From the human T2T-CHM13v2.0 reference genome, Homo sapiens: DNA of 64,000 bases. Numbering within the stretch: the first letter of the stretch is position 1; every line of letters begins with the position of its first letter. The stretch lies in NCBI RefSeq assembly GCF_009914755.1, contig NC_060937.1; one strand, written 5' to 3'. This document shows, piece after piece, positions 28,810 through 41,899 of this stretch. The notes under the pieces are model-generated. The model was not told the DNA's origin, made no database searches, and was given only the letters and a program-made list of their open reading frames with translations. The translations under genes and the position numbers were made by a program.

Positions 28810-29330
28810 AAAAAGAATGTATCTTTTTGTGAAAATCCAATGCCTGTAAAGCATTGTTTATATTATGGAGGCACACGAATGTCAATAGTTGACATTAGTT
28901 CAAAATGTCCTCATTATGAATCATTTAAATTGTAAACAGACACATTACTTTTGTTTTCTTGTCTTTCCCTTTCTTTGTTCTTCCAATCTATAGAGACTCT
29001 GTGAACGCTCTGGGGAAAGGCCCAGTCAGTGTGTGTGTTTCCTGCAGCTTCTCATATCAAGTCATATTAAACATGGATACCAATATGCTATCTCTTATAT
29101 AAATAGTAATTTCATCAATAAGCATTCAACATTCATGTGTTGAACCTCTACTATGTGCTACTACTCCTAGTCTAGAAGATGACACATGACAGTAACTGGC
29201 GGAAAATTATGCAATCCCAAATGTTTTTAAATTACGTACAGGTCAAACGTGAAAACATGCTTGTAAAAATGTGGAGGTTGAGAATATTTCAATTTCTAAA
29301 ATTATCCTTGGTGCAAGAATTGCATACTTT

Positions 29331-30170
<840 letters not shown>

Positions 30171-30766
30171 AAGCATTGCACGTTTTTAGAAAACAAAATA
30201 CTTTGACGAGTCATGTTAGTGATATTTAAGGCACCTCAATGATTGGAGAACAAACTCAATAAAAAATTTTTATTAAAGCATTTTCTAAGGATCAGAGGCC
30301 AGTTAAATGTCCCCAGGTCCTATTGTAGACAAGCAAGCAAACCAGGGGTAGGAGTTATACACACTGCATAACAGAAGGCAAAGGAGCTTGGAGACCTCAG
30401 GGAAAAGTCAGAAGGAGGATCCAGAGAAAGGAGAGCAAGAGACCAAAAGGAGAAGGGTGAGAATCTTGGTAGAAGTGAGGCTAAGAAAGAAGTCCAGTGG
30501 ACATAAGTGTCTAATATGATATTTTTCTATGTTTCATAATGTAGGTCTCCCATGTCTACATGATTCCTAACCCATTCTCCACCATATATTCAGAAAATAT
30601 TTTAAAAAGGAAAAAATGACCTTGCAAAATCCTAGCTGTTTATTGGATTTCTTAACAAAACCAATGAATGTACAATGTTCCAAATCTGGGTTGATGCAGG
30701 CTGAACAATCAGGGTGTGGCAGGGAGGATAGCCTATGTGGGTTAGTTACATCTACAAAATCTACAA

Positions 30767-30935
30767 CAGGACAGATCCAGGTTTGTAGGGCCTAAAGCTA
30801 ACACAACTTGAGGTATTATCTTTAAGAAAAATTCCACAAAAATATAAAGTTAGCTACAGGGACTTGGAAGAGGCCCATAGAAGTGAGGGATACTGAAATC
30901 AAAGCTTCATTGGCATCAAAGTAAATGATCATCTG
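30767..30935 (+). mobile_element. MER53-like hAT MITE
   Basis: cagatccaggtttgtagggcctaaagct...tctttaagaaaa...cttggaagaggcccatagaagtgagggg...aagcttcatt. Confidence 0.75.
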
Positions 30936-30986
30936 CCTACATATCAGGCAAATTGTGGAAACTTTTCCTAAAAGAAATACAAATGC

Positions 30987-31278
<292 letters not shown>

Positions 31279-31668
31279 AAATACAAATGTTGGGCAAGAT
31301 TTTCTTCACATAGGAGAACCTCAGAACTCTGGATAGAGGGGAGAAGGGATAGGAATATTAAAAATAAAGTTATTTATAAAGTCAATGTTTATCATTAATT
31401 ATATAAATCATTTCCTATATGCTCATCATTGACACATTCTTTTAATTAAATGCATATCTGATATGGAAACCATCTCATTATGTTACTATAATCAGATAGG
31501 AACAGTTTATGTCATTACATTTAAATGCATGGTAATTCCCAGTGTCAAGGTGAGTATATTTAGAACACTGATTGCAAACTGGTTTCCAGTTACTCTTATT
31601 AAGATTTACCAAGAATCTGCATGAATTATAGAGCACATTATTATTATAATTATGGGAGAAAATAGAAT

Positions 31669-31770
31669 AGAGGAGAAATGGCAGCTGTTTTCCTAGTGGA
31701 TGTCTGGTGAGGAGCTTCATCAATAGCTGATGTAATGGGCTATAGGAATGCCTGTTCAGCTCTGTCTGAA
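31669..31770 (-). repeat. 102-bp inverted copy of 34055-34156
   Basis: Reverse complement matches 34055-34156 with 3 mismatches; also visible as the shared peptide QTELNRxSYSPLHQLLMKLLTRHPLGKQLP in two opposite-strand ORFs. Confidence 0.95.
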
Positions 31771-32049
31771 TGTAAATTGGACTTTTTAAAAAAAATTCTA
31801 CTAACAATGAGGAATGTGTTTGGCAGTCTGCTTTGACCATTGAACTTTCCTAACCTATCCCTTTTTATCAGCTCAGTGCCTTTTCTTCCAGAATTTTTCA
31901 CTAAGAATCCATACAAAAACATCAGAAAAAGAACGCTAAAAACATGGCGAAGAAGTAGATTGTTAATCTTAATACGGTCTTTCTACTGCATTCATGTTGA
32001 CTTGGTGTGATATGGCTCAAGGGGCAGCAGGAAAGAAAATTCCATTTGA

Positions 32050-32475
32050 TGGTTCTACTTTGCCACAGTACTCCCTTCCCCTCTTCTCTCGGTAACAACC
32101 CCAGCTTTTCCTTCGGAGGACCATACCTCTTCCCATCCCTCTACTCCTGTCTGTCTCAAGGGGGTCTGAAGGGAGGGCATGTGACCCAGGCTAGACCAAT
32201 CGGACTTTCTTTCCTGGCAGACTGCATCTATCCATAGCAGGATGAAAAACAGACAGATGCCATTAGGGCTGAGTGTTTCCAGGGGCAGAGTCCAAAGAAG
32301 ACATGATTGTCAGTGAATTCCTGACAGTTCCCTGGAGCTCTCCTTCCAGCAGCACAGTGATTCAGCAATTCTTTGGAATCTGTTCACTATCCAGAATGCC
32401 TCCAACAAAGTCCTCATATGCTTAAGGTGGAAAGAGTTGGTCTCTGTTGCTAGCAGCCAATGTGCCCTAACATGG
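32050..32475 (+). mobile_element. Old MLT1 (K/L-like) LTR
   Basis: gggcatgtgacccaggctagaccaatc...gcttaag...agttggtctctgttgctagcagccaa. Confidence 0.6.
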
Positions 32476-33859
32476 TGATAGAGGGTAGTTTATCACTAAG
32501 TTAATAGGGTCTCACTTCTCATTTTTCCAGTCTTGTTCATTTCTCTGTATAGTCTTGAAGCCACATTTGACAGAAATCTGAAAGCAGTCTTAAAAGTACA
32601 AATACCGCCCTACTCCCTCAAAAAATTTTCATGCAAAAATTTAAAACATTTAGTTCCTTTTATACTTTACCAAATCTGCTCTACCATGTCTAAAACACAA
32701 GCGAGATGAAATATGAGAATAGTAGTGTCTCAGGTGGTAACTCCCAAAAGGTCATCCTGTTTTTCAAATGCTTATAAATCCAGGAGAGTTTGGAGATTAA
32801 AAAAATTATATCTTCTGGTTTGAGACTTCACTGATATTTTTCTTTACACTCTCTTTAAGACCTAATTTGAAGGTTTACATTAACTCTTGGGGGACTTTAA
32901 GCTTAAAATATTAGTTAAAATTGGTTAATTAATTTTTAAATTAGTTAAAAATATTTCTGACAGGTTTATATTTGTGTGTGTTCATATAACTCAAAAGAGA
33001 TTAATTTTGACAAATTGAAATTGGCAAGCCAGTTACCTCTAATAGCATCCAAATTGTTTATTTTACTTAAATAGCAAAACAAATGGATATAGAGAACCTC
33101 TGGCATTTTCCAAGCTCAGCATTTCCCTAATGTTTTCATCAGCAGCCTAAGAGGTTACCACAGGACACTCGAACATGCACAGAGAAAGTGAGTCCCCTGT
33201 GGAATCATTCAGAAAAGATCTCCACTTGCCTTTCTATATTGTATCATACTGGAAAGCCTGGGTTTTCTCCCTTCCCTGCCAAGACAGGATTTACATTCAG
33301 CAACTGCCAAGCTATCTGCTCTAATGTCTTCAGTGTAAATTTTCCAGAGTTGGGCTGAATGTATTTCTAGACTTGGAGTCGGAAGCACTTTTAAAACAGC
33401 AAAGTAAATCTATGTCTGATGTGGTATTATGTTAAATATTTACAAATTGCTAATAATTACAAAACCTTTGACTTTCTGCCTGTACTGAATCATTCCAATC
33501 AGGACAAGCCCTGTCAAGAAGCAGTCTACCTGGTCTTTTAGAGAGAACTTACCAATCCTACCTCAAGCCTGGCTATAGGAGGGGAAAGTGTAGAGTTTCA
33601 GTAACACCTATGAACTCTAGATAACATTTGCTGATACTGAGATCATGAAGGTAATGTGGACTACAGTGTCAAAGATAAATGCAAATGATAAAAATTTTGG
33701 TGACACTCATATTTGGGGAAAAGCAAAGTTAAAAAGAATATTAATTGGGTTTCACTAAAATGGCAATGTGAGTTATAGGGTGGGGAAATGACATCAGAAA
33801 ATGTCATTTTGTTGCTCATCTAACAGTGGTACACATGTCCATGCTTTCACATGTCCCAT

Positions 33860-34424
33860 CTCTGGGGAAGAATCTCAAGTTGTTTCCCTTTAGTCACCCA
33901 AGTAACGATATGGGGATTTGCTCTCCTACGCTCCCCATCCCACTGGGTATCAAGGACTTAAATGTCCATTTTTGTTTGTATTCTGTAGATGAGGTTGAAG
34001 AGTTGGACTGGTAAGTGTCTGGATCCTTAAAAGCGGGAGATTTATACTGGGGATTTCAGACAGAGTTGAACAGGAATTCCTATAGCCCATTACATCAGCT
34101 ATTGATGAAGCTCCTCACCAGACATCCACTAGGAAAACAGCTGCCATTGCTCCTCTGCACAAGCTGCTGGCACAGGTCATGTAGGTGGGGATGGGCAGAC
34201 ATCGACTGGACTATCACACCCTCAATCGTATTCACATGGCAGAAGCCAGACAGAGTCTCAGGGCTCCACTGCTCTTCTCTATGTGGTCCCTCCAAGTCTG
34301 TTCTTCTCATCACGTGGCCCACTGACCTCGCATGTCATGATCCATGCATACTCCTCCAGCACCACCCTGCAACGCTGACCACCCCAGTCTAGTCTGCTGA
34401 GGCTCTTCATCTGTTTTCTTTCCT

Positions 34425-34458
<34 letters not shown>

Positions 34459-36250
34459 GCCCTGCTTTACTTATCCCCTCATAAAGCTTTGCATCCCTAT
34501 AAATGACATTTGCTAACATCTTAGTGCACCCCATACAACTTCCCTTCCCAGAACGTAGGAACAAACTTAACATCTGGAATTTGTTTCTTCAGAATACTAG
34601 GCTCCCAAGAGCATGTAGCTTGGACCTAAATCCTAGTGGAGTACACATATTTTCCTAGTAGAGAATCACTATTTGTTTTTTCAGGATGCTCTTCTTTTAC
34701 CCAACATTACTGACCTCACTTACTACTACCCTACCTAGATTGTTCAGCCCCAAATGTTGAAATGGCTTCAGGCAGTGGACAACTCTTTACCTAAAGGCAG
34801 AGAGAAGTCTTAGGTGAAACACCAACCCAAACTTCTGCCATTCTCTCTTCCTCCCCAGAGTCACTGGGTCTCTAAGGTGTGGTCACCTGCGATTTTTGCC
34901 TTAGGCAGAAAAAGTCGAAGGTTTCCTAGTTTCTGGTCCCTATGTGGATCTCCACAGATCTCCCAAGCCCACTTTAATGTCCCGACTCCTAGCTTTAAGC
35001 TTTTCCTTGCCTAATTATGGGGTCCAATCCACCCCTTCAAAGCAAAAGCACTCCCATCATGTCCCAGATCTCCATTCTTCTCATCCCAGATGATATGGCA
35101 TTCCATCTTTAAGAAGAGATTCAATGCTTTCAGCGCCTTGATATTTTGAAGTCGCAGTCTTTCCATGTCCATCTCTTTCTGTAATGGGTCTCTGTCTGAC
35201 CATGACACTTTCAACCATGCTCTTATGACAGTCTCGCTTCGAAAACTAACAGGGATTTTTGAAAATCTACTTCTTTGCTGCACACCGGTTTTCACAAAGG
35301 GTCAAAACTCTGGTTTCAGACTCACTTGCTCCAATTCTTATCTAGGATTATGTTAGTTTGTAGAGTAGATGTGCCTTACACAAGGATTCTTCAGAATTCC
35401 AGACATGTGTGCATGTGTAAGAAATATGAATTTCAACAATCACAAAAGGTAAACATGCCTAGGTAGAACTTTCCTTATATCTTCATAACCTAATACTCTT
35501 ACACCCCTTTTTTTCTATTCGTGTAATCATCCCAAGTATAAGTATCAAAGAATGTTAAAACAGAGTGAACATTTCAGTCTTAATTGGTGCTGAAACCCCA
35601 AAATGATAAATGCCAAATGCCAAGAATTCCCATATTTCTGTCCCTACAGTGGAATTAATTAAAAAATCATGTGACCATTGGCCCCAACCCACTAGCAGAT
35701 ATAAAGAAAGGAGGGTGGGTTCTTTCTCATTACCTCTAGTCAATTGAAGGGCACTCCAATGGGACCAGTCACAAAGTTTCTATGTACCCACAGGATTAAA
35801 AGGATTCAACTAATTGTGTTCTTCTTTCAAAAATTTATTTGCAAAACTCTTCAAAATGGGGAGATAAAACTTAAATGTCCCCACTACTTCAGATGACCTC
35901 CTACTGAAAAGTCCCACTCTGATTCCAGATTTTTTTCCAGTGGCCCCAGCCCACAGGCTCCCGTAACACCATCCCTTGCTTTCTCCCTCCAACATAAGGA
36001 TGCAGTGGCTTCCTGCTCTTGCCAATCTCTGGATTACCTCTCCATCCTTTGTTTGGTTCTCAGCTCCTATGTCACCAGTATAAACAACTCTCTACAGTAA
36101 ACTTCCGGTACTGTAGACACTTGAAGTTGTCTCTGTTTTCGTAGTTCGGCCCTGACTGATCTACCTCCAACACACATGCACGTGGCCTCCCCCATCACTG
36201 GGGACCTCACCTTCAATTCTTTGACAGGGAGAGTACTCTGGCCTGCCACT
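33860..36250 (-). mobile_element. Decayed Ty3/Gypsy internal region (PR-RT-RNaseH-INT relic)
   Basis: Minus-strand motifs in Gypsy order: QVSTVPEVYCREL and AGSHC-I-PYVG (protease, about 36120-35985); FGIYHFGVSAP and LEQVSLKPE (RT); SLKLGVGTLKWA and KAKI (RNase H, about 34995-34890); NVIYR, HDMRG, VLDTQW, GD*GKQLE (integrase); frameshifts required. Confidence 0.55.
34426..34457 (+). repeat. (TG)n microsatellite
   Basis: About 16 TG units. Confidence 0.95.
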
Positions 36251-36401
36251 GATGGCTTGTCCCTCCATCCCGGGTCACTGGCGACACAAGCATCTTTCAG
36301 CTGACATCTCCTTTTCCTGACAATGGTCATCTTGGATGGAACCTAAGATGAATCAACTTCCATGTCCTAGATCTGTTCCTCATGAAAAACACAACCTAGA
36401 A

Positions 36402-36862
36402 TATATTAGGCCATTCTTGCATTGCTATAAAGAAATACCTGAGACTGGGTAATTTATAAAGAATAGAGGTTTAATTGGCTCACAGTTCTGCAGGCTCTGA
36501 CATCAGCTTCTGGAGAGGCCTCAGGAAGCTTACGGTCATGGTGGAAGGTGAAGTAGGAGCAAGCACATCATATAGCCAGATCAGGAGTGAGAAAGAGAGA
36601 CAGAGAGGAAGATATAAAGAGAGAGGGAAGGGGGAGGGAGGGAGAGAGAGACAGAAAGAGAAGCGGGGGAGGTACCACACACTTTTAAATGACCAGATCT
36701 CGTGAGAACCACTCATTATCCTGAAGACAACACCATGAGGGAAGCCATGAGGAATCTACCCCCATGACCCAATCACCTCCCATCAGGCCCTAACTTCAGG
36801 CTGGAGATTACTATTCCACATGAGACTTGGAGGTGTGGGGGACAAATATCCAAACTACATCA
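36402..36862 (-). mobile_element. MSTA-like solo LTR
   Basis: tattaggccattcttgcattgctataaagaaatacctgagactgggtaatttataaag...caaatatccaaactacatca; TSD tagaa. Confidence 0.92.
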
Positions 36863-36890
36863 TAGAAATTGCCAGTAGCAGCTCAATTCC

Positions 36891-37850
36891 TGTTTTAGCC
36901 TGGGTTCCCCCAAAAGCAAACTAAGACAAAGCCTGTTGCATGAGCACTTACTTTGTGAATGTGATCCCAAGGAAGGGGAGTGAGGACTGGGAATGGAACA
37001 TGGATGCTCTATTCATTTCCTTTTACTGCTGCATCATATTACCACAAATTTAGTGGCTTACAACAACACAAATTTATTATCTCATGCTTCTGAAGGTCAG
37101 AGAACTAAAATGTATCATATGGGCTAAAATCAAGGTGTTTCTAGGGCTGGTTTTTTCTAGAAGCTCTGAAAGTAGAATCCATTCCCTTGCTTTTTTCAGA
37201 TTTTCAAGGCTGCCAGTGTTCCCTGGCCTGTGACATCTTTCTCACATCCCTCCAGCACCTTGCTTCCATCATCACACCTTCTACTGTCTCTAACTCTACT
37301 GCTTCCTTCTTACGTGGGCCCTTGTGATAACGCTGGGCCAGCTGCATATCTCAGATACTCTACTTATCTCAAAATCCTTAAATTAATCACATCTGAAAAG
37401 GCCCTGTTGCCATGTAAGATAACACATGTACAGATTTCTGAGAGTAGGACATGGCCACCTTTGAGGTGTCATTATTCAGCTCACCACAAATGCATTGGCC
37501 ACTGCTATAGGCAATTCATGCCCACAGAACATGCTAAGGAATCATAATGCATCACAGCACCATCCACCTAGGGGAAAAGAGGGAGGCAACATTATCTGGC
37601 AGCACCCATCCCCTATTGATCAAGGTTGCCCCCAGGGTGTTAACTCCTCTGTGAATCCAGGAGCCATGTGCATTAGTGCCAGCTGGGGTCCTATGGTAGA
37701 CCATGATACTGCCTCAGAGAAGCCCCCAAACTGGAAGCACGAGGTTCAAAGTAAGGTACAATCAACATTCACCTCCCAAATTTGGTTAAAGGTGAAACTG
37801 CATGGAACTGGATGCTGTAGCAGTAGCTGGAGAAAGAGGCGAAGCCTAAG
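36891..37850 (-). mobile_element. ERVL LTR16/LTR33-like fragments split by MLT1
   Basis: tgttttagcctgggttcccccaaaagca...gtgatcccaaggaaggggagtgagg; resumes after 37490 (caaggttgccccca). Confidence 0.5.
37008..37488 (-). mobile_element. MLT1C/D-like LTR
   Basis: taccacaaatttagtggcttacaacaacacaaatttattatc...gggctaaaatcaaggtg...tctcaaaatccttaaattaatcacatctg; TSD (g/a)atgc. Confidence 0.85.
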
Positions 37851-37866
37851 GAATATGCAGAGATTC

Positions 37867-38358
37867 TATAGTGTTTAGTTTTCTGTTCTTGTGTTAGTTT
37901 GCTGAGAATGATGGTTTTCAGCTTCATAGATGTCCCTGCAAAGGACATGAACTCATCATTTTTTTTTATGGCTGCATAGCATTCCATGGTGTATATGTGC
38001 CACATTTTCTTTATCCAGTCTATTACTGATAGGCATTTGGGTTGGTTCCAAGTCTTTGCTATTGTGAACAGTGCCGCAAAGTAGGAGTTGAACAATTAGA
38101 ACACATGGACACAGGGAGGGGAACATCACACACCAGGGCCTGTTGGGGGCTGGGGAGCTAAGGGAGGGATAGCATTAGGAGAAATACCTAATGTAGATGA
38201 CAGGGTGATGGGTGCAGCAAACCACCATGGCACGTGTATACCTATGTAACAAACCTGCACGTTCTGCACATGTACTGCAGAACTTAAAGTATAATTTAAA
38301 AAAAGAACTTTCAAAGAGAAAAAAATAAATGTAGCATCCATAAATTAAAAAAAAAAAA
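37867..38358 (+). mobile_element. L1PA6/7-like insertion with 5' inversion and 3' transduction
   Basis: Antisense ORF2 end 37867-38079, sense 3' UTR 38079-38295, extra sequence, polyA; 16-bp TSD gaatatgcagagattc at 37851-37866 and 38359-38374. Confidence 0.92.
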
Positions 38359-38494
38359 GAATATGCAGAGATTCGTAGTAGGGGTCCAATTCACTTCCCT
38401 ACTCTACTCTGAAGCCACGGGCAACTTTAACTAGTTTGTATATCTCTCAGGACTACCATAGGGAACTATGCATTTCTCAAACATGTTTCTCAAA

Positions 38495-38576
38495 TACATT
38501 GCTGCCCTCTCTCTCTTACTTTCCCATCCACAAGATATTGAAACTCCCCCTGCAAGTGAGTTATAATAGGAGTAAA
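38495..38576 (+). repeat. Direct dispersed copy (about 80 bp) of 42112-42191
   Basis: tacattgctgcc...ttactttcccatccacaagatattgaaactccccctgcaag.gagttataataggagtaaa; near-identical. Confidence 0.95.
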
Positions 38577-38628
38577 GTAAATTTTTAAAACTCTCAAAAA
38601 TTAGACAAAAGCACCAAGAAAGGCAACT

Positions 38629-39280
<652 letters not shown>

Positions 39281-39329
39281 TAAAAAAAAAAAAAAAAAAA
39301 GCATGTAAAATAACATGATACTGTCTTGC

Positions 39330-39740
39330 TTATCAGAGAGGCAAAGACGAAAAGGACATACACACAGTTTGGAGAGGGAATGAAAAAGTGAGCATCCTGA
39401 CACTTAATTGGTGGGAAAACATAAACTGACAGAAGCTTTTGAAAAGGCAATTGGCCTTAATTATCAAAGTGTGCAGGGTGCAGACTCTGATTCAGAACTC
39501 TACTTCTGGGGGAAGGAAATTCTTCTGAAATATGTAAACAAATGAACAATAGTGTATCAATGCATGTTTATTACAATATTGCCTTGAATAGAAAGAAAAA
39601 AATAGAAACAAAGATATTTTAGAAAAAAAAAAGAATGAGTTAGCTCTTTATGTACTGACATGGAAGAGACTCACAATATGTAAAGAAAAATGACATGTTG
39701 CAAAACAGTAGGTGCGTTATGATCCAGTTTATATGTTTTA
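39330..39740 (+). mobile_element. L1ME-like ORF2 end / 3' fragment
   Basis: ttggtgggaaaacataaactg...ttttgaaaaggcaattggc; aatgagttagctctttatgtactgacatggaa. Confidence 0.55.
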
Positions 39741-40299
39741 AATATAGCTTTGTGTGTGAGGACTTACATATGATATGACTATCACACCTAATCCTTGACA
39801 TCACAGCCAAAGTTAAGTTCACACAGAGAAACTATATCACCAGAGCTGCTTCCTTTGTGTGACTTCCTGCTTTGTTTTTATGATAATGGGGAAAAATGGA
39901 TGATGAGAATGATATGAATATGAGCTCTGTGTTAATGAAAGTATTGACAGTTGTAAGAAAAGAAAATCCATCCTCTTGAAGAAATGTTGTATATAATCAA
40001 ATACTAATATGCCTAGTGACATTTAGGTTTTGTTGCTGTTCTTGTAAGAGTTACTGAAATCCCTATGGAAAGAAAAAAAAAAAACTTGCTTCAAAGTTCT
40101 AAACTCTCTGGCTCAAACCCCTTTTCCTATTAAAGCAGTTTATGATGCAATTTTTAAAAAGCAAGACAAGATTCCCAAAGAATATAATTATTGAGATATA
40201 GCAAAAAATTATATATATTCAGAAAAACCCTACAAAGCCTAAAAACTGAAAGCTTCACAGCACATGGAACATGGATGTTACTTTTTTACAAAACCCACA

Positions 40300-41530
40300 A
40301 AAATGAGATAAGAAGAACAAAATCAAGATATAAACCCACAAGGTCCAAGAGAATGTAAGAGCACACAATAGTGCAAAGAGGTGTCAACACAGTTTCAATA
40401 GTGCAAAGAGACATTAATACACTTTTCCTTACCGAAAATTGGTAACGAACTGAAAAAGCTGAACACCAAGTGTGGGGATGAGAAGGCAAATACAAAGCAA
40501 GTCTCTTGTTTCCATGAAACCTAGAAACACTTAGCCACTAGAGGTACCAGCTACCTCCAAAAGGTGGACAGGGGACTGCAAACAGGAGTGTCTAAAATCC
40601 TGTAAGAGGGAGTTAGACCTCCGCATCCTCTTCCCCATCTCATGCATCCAGACAACTACCCTTCCCTGCCCCCCAGCAAGAGATGAGACATTTATACTGT
40701 GAGGGGGGTAGGGGGTAGGAAACGCAGTCAAAAAGACTTCAGGTCAACCCTTCTCAACGAGTGTTCAGGAGAAAATTTATCCCTAACACCCTAAAGCATT
40801 CATTGAATACAATACATCAATTTCTCTTGTAGGCTTCTAAAACAGTACCAACTATGTACCATTCTTGAGTGAACTGAAGAAATAAAATAGGTTTTCAAAT
40901 AATTTTCTGTAGGGCTTCAAACCCTCATAAAAGTTGGGTTGAAAAAGCCCTCTCTAGATGCTGACATCAGGCATAGAGGAGGGCCGGTTGGAAGGGGAGG
41001 GGATGAGAAGGAGAAAGGTACAACACTGAAAGTCTCTATACTTAATGGACTCCTAGCCTCTTGCGTGGCTCTGCCCCCAGAATAGTGTTGACCAAGTATA
41101 TTATCTTCCTTTCTACCCAGGGCCCTGCCAGGAGATTAAAAGAGTCTTCCTTGAACAAACTGAAGTGCCTCAGAAGAAAAGACCAATATGTAAGGTCTTC
41201 TGTGGGGGCCTGAGAAAATATCTGTACCCCACTTAATTTCTCTGTGTGGCCTATACACCCTCTCCTCCACCCATTCACACAGACCTTCCAACATCTTTAG
41301 ATTGCCTCACTTTTAATTAAACAGATCAACAGATAGTTGAAGAAACTACCTTAAAACTTGAAAATCAGAGAACAAAGCACACAAACAGATGAAGAAATTG
41401 TCTTTGAGAACTGGAACTCAGGAGTAGAGAGGAGTGGAGCAAAGAAACCCTCTTTTCATTTATAAGTCTTGTTGAATTATTTAACTTTTGAATCTATGTA
41501 CATGTATTTTTGTGATCATTATATGTATAT
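40300..41530 (+). mobile_element. HAL1/L1M-like fragments
   Basis: gaggtaccagctacctcc...gtctaaaatcctgtaagagggagttagacc; 3' tail ataagtcttgttgaattatttaacttttgaatctatgtacatgtatt. Confidence 0.4.
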
Positions 41531-41899
41531 TTTTAAAGAAAGAATGTTTCAGGAATAGACATTCAACTATACAGAATTCTGGGCAGTGACTTTTTTGCAT
41601 ATTTGATATGTTTCTGTTATGCTTAAATTTTCACAGTAATTGTATGTTTTAAATTTTTTAAACAAAATGCAAGTATTTAAAAACAAAAAGATAAAAGAAA
41701 AAATGAGTAATGCATTCAGGCATAGACAGGGCTGCCTGAGCACACAGAATGGCAGGGTTGAGGGATAACCCTAGCTCCTTAGTTTCTTCCAGTTATTGAA
41801 AGGGACACTCAAGTAAGTGATTTTAAAATAACCCTTAAGTCTGAAGTAGCAGCATCAGTGAGAATCTAACAAGAACAGCCATAGCACAGACTTGCAGAG

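Noticed and set aside
33786-33809. 9-bp-stem hairpin (similar ones near 36091 and 51785)
   Set aside because: Short AT-rich stems are expected by chance; not miRNA- or terminator-like
37769-38095. 108-aa ORF matching the L1 ORF2 C-terminus
   Set aside because: Inverted part of a truncated L1PA, not a gene
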